Part shown: positions 22,009 through 34,369 of the stretch, piece after piece
How the letters are laid out: each line of letters starts with the position of its first letter
How positions within the stretch are numbered: position 1 is the stretch's first letter
NCBI RefSeq assembly: GCF_001194135.2
Contig: NC_068989.1
Span: forward strand, 79,975,160-80,021,653
DNA length: 46,494 bases
Reading direction: 5' to 3'
Source: Octopus bimaculoides
Taxonomy: Eukaryota
Notes under the pieces: model-generated
Databases searched by the model: none
What the model was told of the DNA's origin: nothing
What the model saw: the letters and a program-made list of their open reading frames with translations, nothing else
Position numbers and translations under genes: made by a program

Positions 22009-23494
22009 AGATAGACAGATACGTATATATACATATGCATACGTACATGTACGAATTCATTAATAAGTATCTAGGCTTTTCTTTGTATTGGGTTTTATTT
22101 GCATATATACCAATGCATCCCTCGCTCATTCGAATGCCTATTAGACATTTCAAACTGACCTTGTTAAAACTAAGCATCAAACCGAACTATACACAATATG
22201 AAAAATAATCAAAGAAATAAGTATAGCGAGGTGCGTGATAGATTTGATCGTTATCACACTTATTCTAACGATATGTTAGTGGGGTTTTTCTCCGCAAGGC
22301 CCATGACAAGCCTGTTAAGATATTACTTGTTAATTATTGTTTTATTCACTAATACATCTCGAAAACATCAAACTCTTTCACTACGAGTTAATCGCTATGA
22401 ATTATAAACACACTTGACTAATAAGCTAAAAAAAGAAGTAGACGTCTTATCATATATGCTCGATGTGTGTCTTTCTCTCAGCAAGATTTGTTCTTTAATA
22501 TAAATCTTCCAAATTATATTTACTGTCATTAAGCAAATAATAATCTCGGTAGATAATACACCGGATATGAAGACGACATCCCAGTATTGCTTAGGGGATC
22601 TATTACAACAAAGTGATTCATTATGTTGATCATCAACTAGAAAACTAATTATTGTTTGATATAGTCTACCGCCATTGTTATACAGAGCATAAGCCATTAT
22701 ATTCATTTTGTTACTTATTTCTTTCGACTGTGCTGTAGTGCTCTCCGTGAGTTTTAATATATCACAACCACTGATCTAATTGTACAGCCCTATAATTAAT
22801 GTCTCGTTACCCTTAGGGTTTTAACACGATGCATAAATATATACACAGGCACATACAGCCACTCACACGCGCGCACGCGTATGTCTGTAAGTTTACTTGT
22901 CGTTTGCTTGTCCCTCGTCAGTAACGACATAGTTTATCTGAAATATTCTTTCATGTAATCTTGTAACTTCTTTTTTACTTGAAACCAACTAAATGATAGA
23001 TACTATAGTGTTGTATCTAGGGAGGATTATTACACCAATAATAAATACAAGTATTATTAGCATAATAAACCCACTCGATATACAAAGCAATCTGTTTGAA
23101 CGGAGAATTCACGTCAAGAATCCTGCAAACTAAATTCAAAAACGAAATGATAATATTGTTTAATCTTTTAGAACCTGTCTTCGTACAGTGGCGCCGGTGT
23201 AATATGTCTGGCAGTCTACATTACAGTTAACCATAATTCAGATGACGGTTGAATATATTGTTGCAGTATAATGTTATTTATAAAATTCTCCGCCGTAAAA
23301 AGCTTTTATTAGCCACATAATAAACTGTAACGAACCCATCTTTAATCTATATGTAAAAACCCTACCCAACTGTGCAATTATGTCTGAACAAATATCCTGA
23401 TTATATAGTATATTAATGAGCTAATAAATAGACATTCTATGGAAACTGGATATAAAAGGATAATGATCTTTCCCGAGCCATATAGACTCATACG

Positions 23495-23705
23495 GTCACT
23501 TTCCCGGTTTCCGTGACGCATATATTCCCCATCTGGATAGTACGCCGGTCCGTCGCAGAATTACTCATTTTTGCCTGATGACTAGAGTGGAGCAACATGA
23601 AATGAACAGTTTTGCTCAAGAACATAATGAGTCACCCTGTCCAGGAGACGAAACCACTATCTTATGATCATGAGTCCAACGCCCTAATTACTAAACTATA
23701 CGCTT
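23495..23705 (-). mobile_element. Decayed SINE family C
   Basis: Reverse complement shows a tRNA-like head followed by tgttcttgagcaaaac...tttcatgttgctccact, as in the copy at 37758. Confidence 0.6.
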
Positions 23706-23767
23706 CCACTTATAGAAATCGACCTAATGTAACAGATAAATTATCTCCAGTCATATTCATCTATTGC

Positions 23768-23950
23768 GGAGACACGTAGCTTGGCGGTTACGGTTTCAAC
23801 TCATAATTTTGCATGTGTGGTTTGGTTCCTGGAATGGTTGAGGCGCTATATTCTCGAGCAAGACACTTCCTTACACGTTGCTCCAATCTACTCTGCTGGC
23901 ACAAATGAGTAATCCTGCGGCGGATCGGGATATTGTCTAGGGTGGATATT
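23768..23950 (+). mobile_element. Decayed SINE family C, head-to-head with the previous copy
   Basis: ...ctcgagcaagacacttccttacacgttgctccaatctactctgctggcacaaatgagta. Confidence 0.6.
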
Positions 23951-24025
23951 GTCTAGGGTAGAATATATACGGCATAGAATCCAGGGAACCGGCTTTTTCA
24001 GCATATAACTCTGTGTGTGTTCAAT

Positions 24026-24071
<46 letters not shown>

Positions 24072-25984
24072 GGACACTGGAACATCTTCAAATTTTTCTT
24101 TTAATTCTTCCGGTTAATTGTACAGAATAATTGGTTAATATGACTGACAGGTGTTTCCGTTGCACAGAGAACGCGCAGTTGCATATGCAACCCGTTATTT
24201 TATGCTACACATTTTCATTCAGTCTCTTTGCACCAATCTGGATACATTAAAGCAAAATACATTTTCTTTAACATTCTTTGGGATAAGATTTTCTTGTTTC
24301 CATTCTCGACGGAATTCAATCTAGTCTGCTTTCTCTACTATCATGCAAGATGAAGAGCAGACTTCAGCCAACGAAACTCTTCCCTTGCATGGTTCTTGAA
24401 CCAGCTAGAAATAGCCACAAAATTTTTATTTTCTACAAATCGCATCACTAGACTGTCTTTCAAAATAACATATACAATTTATGGGAACAAAAGATGGGAT
24501 GGTCAGCTCGGAATAACGTTTAGTCATAGATCTTAATGATCACAGCATCCTTTTATGAAGTGGGAGTGGGTAAGCAACAGCAACAAATATATATAGTGCA
24601 TAATAGTTGTTTTATAAAAGTTCTGCTATCTGTAAAAGTTCTCCGATCAAGTACTACGAGATAGATCTTTTTCATTCTTCCGGTATGGATGAAATAAAAT
24701 ATTGTACTGTACGATGTACGATTCAATCGAATGTAATTTTATTTTTCTCTTTTAATACTACAAAATATAATTTAGCTTTTTTAAAACACATTAAAGAAAA
24801 AGAAAACACATCCGAAGAGGGACCTCCACGCTTTCACTCGACTTGCTACAAGCACATATCTGCCTCAGATCACAGCCTGTCTTCTTTGAAGATAAAAGAA
24901 TGATATGTTCTACATATGTTTGAAAAACGACGGGTATCTGAGAAATAAAATGGACTGATAGTCCCGGAACTAAACAACAAGAGTAAAATTAAAAGTGAGA
25001 AATGAGAGACAAATATGTTGTAGTTTACCATCAAATGATACTGAAGTGTTTCGTATATTTTTGATTTACCCACTTGTGACACGAAAGAAAATACTTGCAA
25101 GTTTTATTTCTAAGCTTTTAGCTACTTTATTCACTAAGTAGACATTCAACAGTTTCGCTGTAACTAGAGTAATATGCAAAAACATGTTCAGTAATATAAC
25201 AAATGGTATATTCACAGTTGCATATTATATGAATAAGTGCATATATGAAATATACTAGTAGAACTCCGTACAAAATAGTTATATGAAAATCAACACTTTA
25301 AATCATTATTAAAATAATTGCTTATAACGATGATTACCAACAGCACGTTTATATATATCGATGATTATCAACTGCACGTTTCTATATAGCGATGATCGTA
25401 AAAGTTGTACTAGAGAAATTTACTTTGAAGACATTTTTATAATTGCACTGAAATTCGAAACACTACAGTACTAAAGTACGCTAATTACTTCTTTCTCTTT
25501 GATATCAATGTAAAATCAATGCGTATCTTATAGAATTGAAAAAGATACAATTTATCAGAGTATGAGCATTTTATATCACTTGGCACTTGTGAGAAGATAC
25601 TTGAAGATACCTTTCAGATGGATAATGCGTTCTCCAATTCACACAACTAATCATATGAACGCATATATACATTAAAATACTAAAATATTAATGTAAAGAC
25701 ATTTAATATTCATGGAAATATATACGTGATATGCGTGTTCGAAATTAATATAGTTTAAGCGCTAGAAAATAATTGATATTTCACGATGATAGCTACTGTT
25801 CAAAATCGAACAGTAATGAGCTCTTTGGCACAGCATATGGAAGCTATATGAGGATGAAACTACAGATCTCGCAGGTATTGTCACGCTTAATAGGCAAAAG
25901 AGTGATGAAATCTAATAAAACGAATCATTTAGTCACCTTTTCAGTGTTGAGTACTGATTCTTCCAACTAGTTACTAACGAGCTT

Positions 25985-26052
25985 ATCTTTCTCTCTCTCG
26001 CTTTCTCTCTCTCTCTCTCTTTCTCTTTCTCTCTTTCTCTCTCTCTCTCTCT

Positions 26053-26090
<38 letters not shown>
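25985..26090. repeat. (CT)n/(AT)n microsatellite
   Basis: Read directly from the sequence. Confidence 0.95.
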
Positions 26091-26456
26091 TAGCAATGTC
26101 TTCCGGCGTTGCCCGGGTGTTATGATCTAGAAGCACATTGTATTATTTGTTCCTTTCTTATGAGCAGAATCGGCACAGTTAATGAAATAATGGAAGTTAT
26201 TTTTTGTTTAATAGTGAAGTGCGAGTGTATAATCTGTATGGGTTTGCATGAAAGTGCTTTCTCTTCTTAAGAGGGATCAGAAACTATGTACTGTTTCATC
26301 GTATAAAAGGGGGTTAATACGATTTTGTCCAGAAATCACGTGTTCAAAATTTGAATTTCCCCTCTATCCCCACCACAATTTCTTAATTTGTAAATTTTAC
26401 AATGTTGTTTTTTTTATCTACGTAGAAAGATACAGAGATTAAGAAACAAGTAAAAG

Positions 26457-26547
26457 AGTTTTGCCGAAGCGCTCTTTAACGGGGACATAAGTACACCAGC
26501 ACCGGCTGTCAAGAGGCGGAGAGAGGAAATCGAGACACACATACACG

Positions 26548-26601
<54 letters not shown>

Positions 26602-26760
26602 CGACGGGCTTCTTTCAGTTTCCGTCTTCTAAATCTACTGACAAAGCTTTGTTCGGCCCGAGACTACAGTAGAAAGCACTTGCTCAAGGTGCCACGCAGT
26701 AGGACTGAACCTGACATTATGTGGATAGTGAGCAAGCTCCTTACCACACAGCCACGCCTG
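26457..26760 (-). mobile_element. SINE family B
   Basis: acgacgggcttctttcagtttccgtc...gctcaaggtgccacgcagtaggactgaacc...cttaccacacagccacgcc. Confidence 0.88.
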
Positions 26761-27235
26761 CACCTATATATATTTACCGATTTTGTATGTTTTGCACAAT
26801 GACTCACTCTAGGTGCAACAGTATACGTGTTTGTGTGTATATGTGTTTATATATGTCTGTGTGTGTGTGTGTAACATTTTGGTAGTGTACAGAATATTAT
26901 AACGGTATTAATATAATAAGGTTATTCAGAAAAAAAATGAAGGAATATTGTTACTTTATTTAGATACAGGTGCAGAAAGTGTTCAATTTTTCCAGGGAAA
27001 TGCAGTGAAATGGAATGAAATACTATAAAATAAGAATAAAATAGAGTGGAATAGTTAGAATATTACATTTAAGAGTTTTCGATTCATAAAAGTAATGCTG
27101 CTTTATTATACTTCATATAATTTTACTGTATGTTATTTCATATCATTTCATCTTCATTTCAAGGGAAAATTCGAAGAATTTCTGCACCTGTTTATAAAAG
27201 AAAGAACCTATCCCTTCGCTTCTTTTGAATACTCT

Positions 27236-27251
27236 TATTATCATTATTATA

Positions 27252-27310
<59 letters not shown>
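27236..27310. repeat. (ATT)n microsatellite
   Basis: Read directly from the sequence. Confidence 0.95.
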
Positions 27311-27311
<1 letters not shown>

Positions 27312-27581
27312 ACTATTATTAATAATATTTGTGTATATATATATATATATATATNNNNNNNNNNNNNNNNNNNNNNNNNNNNNNNNNNNNNNNNNNNNNN
27401 NNNNNNNNNNNNNNNNNNNNNNNNNNNNNNNNNNNNNNNNNNNNNNNNNNNNNNNNNNNNNNNNNNNNNNNNNNNNNNNNNNNNNNNNNNNNNNNNNNNN
27501 NNNNNNNNNNNNNNNNNNNNNNNNNNNNNNNNNNNNNNNNNNNNNNNNNNNNNNNNNNNNNNNNNNNNNNNNNNNNNNNNN

Positions 27582-27645
<64 letters not shown>

Positions 27646-27937
27646 GTAGGAGAATTTGTTTTTGAAAATGCACCTGAATTTGAAAAATTTGTTGTTTTTT
27701 AAATAAATTTATTTACATACATCCCAACCTACTTTCAATAATTTTTTTTTGTTTATCAATGATATAAATGTATATAAAACAAAGAGATTTTCAGAGAATT
27801 TAAACTTACGAAATAGAAAACATGTTTAAATGATTAAATGTTCACAAAATTCAATGACAGGGATAGATAATATCAAAACTGATCAGCAAAGAATATAGTG
27901 TGGATTACTAAAAGTTCGATAATATTGAGTTATTATA

Positions 27938-28108
27938 CACGGTGTCCACAAAGCCTGGGTACATGGAGTAAATAAAATCATAACATAAACAATTAAATGC
28001 AAGAAATAATAAGTAAATAAAATCATAACATAAATAATTAGATATAAGAAATAATAATTTCTTAAAGTATGTGTTAATCCCATGTACCCAGACATTGTGG
28101 ACACCCTG
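27938..28108. mobile_element. 171-bp Tc1/mariner-type MITE with TA duplication
   Basis: TIRs cacggtgtccacaaagcctgggtacatgg and ccatgtacccagacattgtggacaccctg; TA at 27936-27937 and 28109-28110; internal 45-bp tandem duplication. An empty site ttattatagaatacgtg is present at ~29919-29935. Confidence 0.9.
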
Positions 28109-29519
28109 TAGAATACGTGAACAAGAAGAGAGAAAGAAGGAAAGAAGTGAGTAAAAAAGTATGTGGGGTTACAGTTTCTGTCGTCTTGCTTGTAGTTCCT
28201 TTTTTTTTCCATAGCGTAGGGGGCTTTTCGCTTTTAACGGGGTGTTTTGAAATCAGAGAATATCTTGTGTATGTATATGTTTTTACGTGAAAAGATCTAA
28301 TATTTGATTCGTTATAATTCTGATGATGTCTTACTCTTTCTGGTGGACGATTTTTAGTGTTTTGTTTGTTTGGTTGGTTCGTTCTCTGGTACTGGCTGTC
28401 ATTGGTAGTAGGTTTCGTGGCATCACTTTATTTTGATAAAGAACCTGTTTTTTTATGAAATTGTGTAGCGAGATTCTTGATGTGAAGTCGTGTGCTGAAA
28501 CGGATATTGTTGTATTTCTGGATGGACATTTTGTTTTTTTTTTTTGCAAAATAAACACACACATTGTATATTCATTCTTCACTCATTTATTACTATTCTT
28601 ATTCTAACTCATGTCCATTGTCCGGAAATCTTTCATCACACATCTGTGACCTCCACAGCGACACTTTCGTCTTCGTGTATGCTCTTGCTCTGCTTATTCC
28701 ATTCTCTTACACTTTATTGTCCCTACAAAATTCTGCCTTTAGTGGGGCGTCTGCCATATATATCCTATCGATCTTACCCGGGTTGCTCCGTTTTTTCTCC
28801 CTGCATGATTCTACAGTGTTCTTTATACCTAATCCATGCGAATTTTTTGTCGGAGTATTTATCGCATTTGCATCGGTGTATAATGTTCATGAAAGTTGTT
28901 CTCTCTGTTAGTGTGGTGATGTACTTTACCACTTGTTGTAACACGCATTTGCGTTTTTGTAGTTGGTTTAAGTCTGCATAAATTTTCTTCTTAGTGTTTA
29001 ACATTAGTGTTCTTTTTAGAATGGAATAAGTAGAGCAAGAGCACACACGAAGACGGAAATTGTCGCTGAAGAGGTCACAGATGTGTGACGAAAAATTTCC
29101 GGGCAATGGATAACAAAAGTAATAAATGAGTGAAGAACTAATATATAACCATCGCGAAATACAACAAAACCTGCTTTTTGTTATGGTAAATTTTGGCATT
29201 CTGCTTGGTTGACATCTTTGTAGGGAATGGTCATCAACCGTTCCGGTTGGTTGACTATCTTTTGTATTTTTCCTAAAGGTCCAGTTCTGTTCGGAGGTAA
29301 AAATTCATTGCTCTAGTGAGGAATGACGTCACCAACTGGGGTTTGAGAAGTTGTATGGTGTTTTTGTATAGTGATTCAGAGTTGCAGTTTCGAAACCCAG
29401 GTGGAAGATGATCATAAAGTGTTTTAATTATGTCCATTGTATCAGGCTGGGTTTTTTTTTTGTTGTTTGTGGAGACATTGAGTTTTTTTTTTTTTCTTTT
29501 CAGTGTGTTTTTAAAGAAT

Positions 29520-29737
29520 ATTTAGCTGCGGTTTATATTTTTTAATGAGCATGCTTTCCTTATTCAATCAGAATTCGGTTGACGTGTTTCCGGTTCATTG
29601 ATAGAAATGGAAGAGTTGGTATTTCGAGTTTGCGGGGCAGTTATCTAGGTGTTCGCTTACGGAAATTTTCCTGGTCGTCGGGTCCCGGATTTCTTGCCTC
29701 TGTACTGTCAGCCTGTCCCACTAGTTTCATCTATATA
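29520..29737 (-). pseudogene. Penelope GIY-YIG endonuclease, decayed C-terminal part
   Basis: With frameshifts: YIDETS..RLTVQRQEIRDPTTRKISVSEHLDNCPANSKYQLFHFYQ*...LNKESMLIKKYKPQLN, matching the YIGET / R-x-x-x-H / EH / KE..I....P.LN pattern. Confidence 0.8.
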
Positions 29738-30491
29738 GTCAAAATTAGATCCTATATATATGCACAAAATATTCTCTGATTTCAGAACACTCCGTTAAAT
29801 GCGAAAACCCTTCTATGCAACAGAAAAATGTACTTCACAAAAGACACAGACACTGTAAAAAGAACAAACCTTTTTTTTACTCTCTTCTTTTCTTATTCTA
29901 AAGTTCGGTCATATTGAGTTATTATAGAATACGTGTAGAAGAGTCTCCACATTTTCTGTAATAACTCAATATGACCGAACGTTTAGTAATCCACATTTTT
30001 AAAATTTCTTCGCCGATCTTTTTGATATTATCTACCCATGTCATTGAATTTTGCGTACATTTAATCATTTAAACATGTTTTATTCTACGTAATTTTTTAC
30101 TCTGTTAATACACGATTATTTTATATATAATTTGTACCAATGATAAATAGAACAAAAAAATATTGGAAATAATTTGGGATGTATGTAAACAAATTAATTT
30201 AGAAACAACTACAAGTTTTTCAAATTTAGATTCATTCAAAAACAAATTCTCCTATATTTTTCCTACGTGGAAATACACCTCTTTCCAAACATATATATGG
30301 ACACATGTATAGCATATATATCCGCCCGTATATATATGCACATATATACCTTTATATATGTATGCACACAAGCATAACATACATACATACATATACGCAC
30401 ATATGTGTACATATATGTATATATATATACATACGTATATATATATATATANNNNNNNNNNAGAACATGTATATATATATTTATACATATA

Positions 30492-30777
30492 CTCTTTTAC
30501 TCTTTTACTTGTTTCAGTCATTTGACTGTGGCCATGCTGGAGCACCGCCTTTTAGTCGAGCTAATCGACCCCAGGACTTATTCTATCGGTCTCTTTTGCC
30601 GAACCGCTAAGTTACGGGGACGTAAACACACCAGCATCGGTTGTCAAGCGATGTTGGGGGCACAAACAGAGACACACAAACATATACACACACATACATA
30701 TATATATATACATATATACGACAGGCTTCTTTCAGTTTCCGTCTACCACATCTACTCACAAGGCTTTGGTCGGCCCG
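30492..30777 (-). mobile_element. SINE family B, 5'-truncated, well conserved
   Basis: cttttacttgtttcagtcatttgactgtggccatgctggagcaccgcc...ctcacaaggctttggtcggccc. Confidence 0.92.
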
Positions 30778-31269
30778 CTATATATAATATACTACTACTA
30801 CTACTCCCACTTCATTGACGTTATCTTAACACCAATTGACAAACTGGTATATGCTTCTCTCGTCATCATTCGCTAATTCATTTCCTACTAAATACAACAT
30901 ATACAGATATTATAGAGGAATGCGACCTTTCAACGATGTTAGCATTGAAAAGTAAAATGTCTGTCGGTAAATAACAGATATTGTAGAGTTGATGTGCATG
31001 GTTGGAAGCAGGTTTCCCTTGCGCTAAAACGCTACTACACACATATTACTTATTCTGCTTTTAGATATACGTCAAATAATACTAAAAGTGTTTTAACTTC
31101 AATCACTAGTCATGCGCCATTTATTTGAAAGCTTTACAGAGAAAAAGTTAGAGAAAGCAAATAAAAAACGATTGGTGTTTTCGTTTGATTTTAGTGAATG
31201 ATTTTATCACAAAGGATTGCAAAATGATTGTGTAAGCAATTTTATACTTATCAATCGATCGTTAAAACA

Positions 31270-31290
31270 CTCTCTCTTTCTTCTCGCCTC

Positions 31291-31346
<56 letters not shown>

Positions 31347-31350
31347 CCTC
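31270..31350. repeat. (CT)n/(CTGT)n microsatellite
   Basis: Read directly from the sequence. Confidence 0.95.
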
Positions 31351-32059
31351 TATGTCATACATAAACACATATAAGCATGTGTGTATATACAAACACACGC
31401 ACGCAAACACTACACACATGTGTATATATGTGTGTGTTTATATATATGTAAATAAAATGTATTTATAACGTGTATGTATGTATGATTTATGTCTATATAA
31501 TAATATTTGAAGTAAAGATGATAAGCTATTAATTAAATTTTAATATAATGCTGTACAAGCAAATCAGTTAAAGTGCATGTAGATAGCGAAAATCAAATCA
31601 TCGGTATACTTAGTACAATCAAAAGGTTACAATAAATTAATTTGTTTTAGTTCATTCGGGGTAAAACATGTGTTTTTAAGTTGTTAGGCGATATAATCAA
31701 ATGCTCCAGTAAATGAAAGTTTACTGAAGAAATATAAAAGGGCAACCACTAAATTTGGTTTCATGTTTCTATGGAATACTTAGCCACATACACACAGAAA
31801 CTTAATGTGCAATCTTTTCAAACATTTTCGGTAAAGCTGAATATGCACGCTGGAACGATAGCACTTGTTTTTAAGTTTATTCGGAAATTGACAGGTAATC
31901 AATGAAGTTCAATTAAAGCTGATTTTAAATGTTCACATCTTCGTAATATTTTAACAAAACGAACACAATTACTTTAAATGAGTTGGAGCTATTTTGTTCG
32001 TATATGTTGGTAGAACAATTTGAATTTTGCGTCTGACAGCTGAAAGGACAGGGAAATAT

Positions 32060-32170
32060 CACTGAGATGATACTTCATTTACTAAAACCGAGAGGAGGAA
32101 AACCAAGATTGACCTCGACAGAACCTGAACCTAAGAGACGGAGATCCGAAATAACTCAATGTAATACACC
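32060..32170 (-). mobile_element. Highly decayed SINE family A fragment
   Basis: tacttcatttact...agattgacctcgacagaacctgaacct resembles the reversed core. Confidence 0.4.
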
Positions 32171-32759
32171 TGATGCTTTTTTTCTGTTCTCTTCTCCCAC
32201 TTTCCCTTCCTCTCTATTTCTTTTTTCATACACACATAGATACAATATGCATGCATGTACNNNNNNNNNNATATATATATATATGCGGACACGAACACAC
32301 ACACACACATACCTGTAATGTAGATGGAGAGAAGGCCAAGTGACTATGAAGTTCACATTGAAATTTTATGGTCTTGAGTCCTGGGTCCTGTGGACAGTAC
32401 CACTGTGCGAGAACTCCGAAATGTTTGTTTAGCGTAGTCCCAGATGCGCAAAAGCCTTGTCATATAATGTTACACGGAATACGTGCACGAGTGAAGAGAA
32501 GGTTTCATGTTTGTATGGAATACTTAGCCACATATACACATTATGAGTTTAACGAGAAACCAAACAAATAAACGCTCACCATCGAAAACAATGCTTATCA
32601 TCGAAAATGATGCAGAAAATATCCATCTTGCGTTTCTGTCACATTATAAAGAACAAAAAATAAAAGAATTGACGGTGTCTGAAATATGTTTATAAGATAT
32701 TTCTTCATAGAAGGACCTGATTATTACATTAGATATTCTAGTTACGTTTGAGGAAAGCT

Positions 32760-34265
32760 GTTACATTATCAGGTGTAAATACTGCAGTGGTCGACGTTTG
32801 TTTTAATCAGTTTACGACAATAACGCTACAGTATTTTTGTGATATATTTGTATTAGAAACTTCAAAGCAAATTCTCAAAGATAAGAAAGGAGTCAAGAAT
32901 TGTAGCTTGACAGGCGAGTTCTGTACAATATATGACGCCTAGCAAATTCCTATTTAAAACAATTTCCCTTCACTTACTCATAAGCAAGACACCAGCGTCA
33001 TACGGTTAAACATCTATTTCATATTATATATTCAGCAGAGATTAAAATTGAAAATTTATGATCGTTAGATTGATAGATCAGTCATTATTTTTGGTGAAAA
33101 CATTTATTTTATCGGAAACAAATATTGAAGTGATCGACATTTTTTTTTTATCATTTTATTGCGATAACGATAAAATATATTTGTGGTATCGACATAATCA
33201 ATTATGTAGCATACATTTCAAAGTAACTTCTCCGTGCTAAGAAAGGAGTCAAGAATTGTAAATAGTCAGGCGAATGCCGTGCAATATATGACGCCTGGAA
33301 GGCGGCGAACTGGCAGAATCTTTGCAACGCCGGGTGGTATTTCGTCTGCCGTTAACGTTCTAAATTCAAATTCCGGCGAGGTCCACTTTGCCTGTCATAC
33401 TTTCGGGGTCGGTGAAATAAGTAACAGTTACGCACCTGGGTCGATGTAATCGAATTAATCCCTTATCTGTCCTTGTTTATCCCCTGTACGTTTAGCTCTT
33501 GTGGGCAATAAAGAAACAAATATATGACGCCTGGAAAGCGGCGAGAAGGCAGAAACGTTAGCACGCCGGAGGAAATGCATAGCGGTATTTCGTCTGCCGT
33601 TACGTTCTGAGTTCAAATTCCGCCGGGGTCGACTTTGCCTTTCATCCTTTCGGGATCGATAAATTAAGTACCAGTTACGCACTGGGGTCGATGTAATCGA
33701 CTTAATCCGTTCGTCTGTTCTTGTTTGTTCCCTCTATGTTTAGCCCCTTGTGGGCAATAACGAAATAGGTATTTCGTCTGCCGTTACGTTCTGAGTTCAA
33801 ATTCCACCGAGGTCGACTTTGCTTTCATCCTTTCGGGGTCGATAAATTAAGTACTAGTTACGCACTGGGGTCGATGTAATCGATTTAATCCCTTATTTGT
33901 CCCCTCTATGTTTAGCCCCTTGTGGGCAATAAGGAAATAAGAAACGTTAGCACGCCGGGCAAAATGCTTAGCGGTATTTCGTCTGTCTTTACGTTCTGAG
34001 TTCAAATCCCACCGAGGTCGACTTTGCCTTTCATCCTTTCGGGGTCAGTAAATTAAGTACCAGTTGCGTACTGGTGTCGATCTAATTGACTGGCTCCCTC
34101 CACAAAAATGTCGGTCTTTGTGCCTAGAGTAAGAAAGAAAATAATATATGACGCCTGGTAAATTCCTTTTTAAAACAGTTTCTTTCCACTTACTTCTAAA
34201 CAAAACACCAGCATCTCATCGACTTAATAGTTCATATTTATGAGTGATTCAAAATGAGAATTTGT
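32760..34265. repeat. Tandem duplication with ~356-bp period; the second copy is interrupted by the SINE array
   Basis: taagaaaggagtcaagaattgta at 32882 and 33238. The downstream aaattcct...ttaaaaca...cacttact...acaccagc block occurs at 32944 and again at 34160. Confidence 0.85.
33299..34142 (+). mobile_element. SINE family A array (~4-5 units) with the 16-bp target site present three times
   Basis: aatatatgacgcctgg at 33283-33298, 33519-33534 and 34143-34158. Confidence 0.93.
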
Positions 34266-34369
34266 GGCTTTAAACCCTATCACCAGTGACGTTAACAAAC
34301 GTGAATGCAGTGCATTGTTACATTTAATCAGCCGGCAAATGTTAGGCGGATGCTGACGATATTCTTTTT

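Larger units (their letters stand above)
27895..29995. mobile_element. Penelope-like element remnant with nested inverted repeats
   Basis: Outer arms ~27895-28310 and ~29740-29995, inner arms ~28510-28705 and ~29015-29170, and a GIY-YIG C-terminal fragment inside. Confidence 0.7.

Noticed and set aside
24607-24903. 98-aa ORF, and an opposite-strand KTGCDLRQICACSK segment
   Set aside because: No homology, no phase-consistent neighbours and no convincing donor.
28720-28900. KIDRIY motif suggesting an L1-type endonuclease
   Set aside because: A single short motif requiring frameshifts, with no other APE motifs recognisable.
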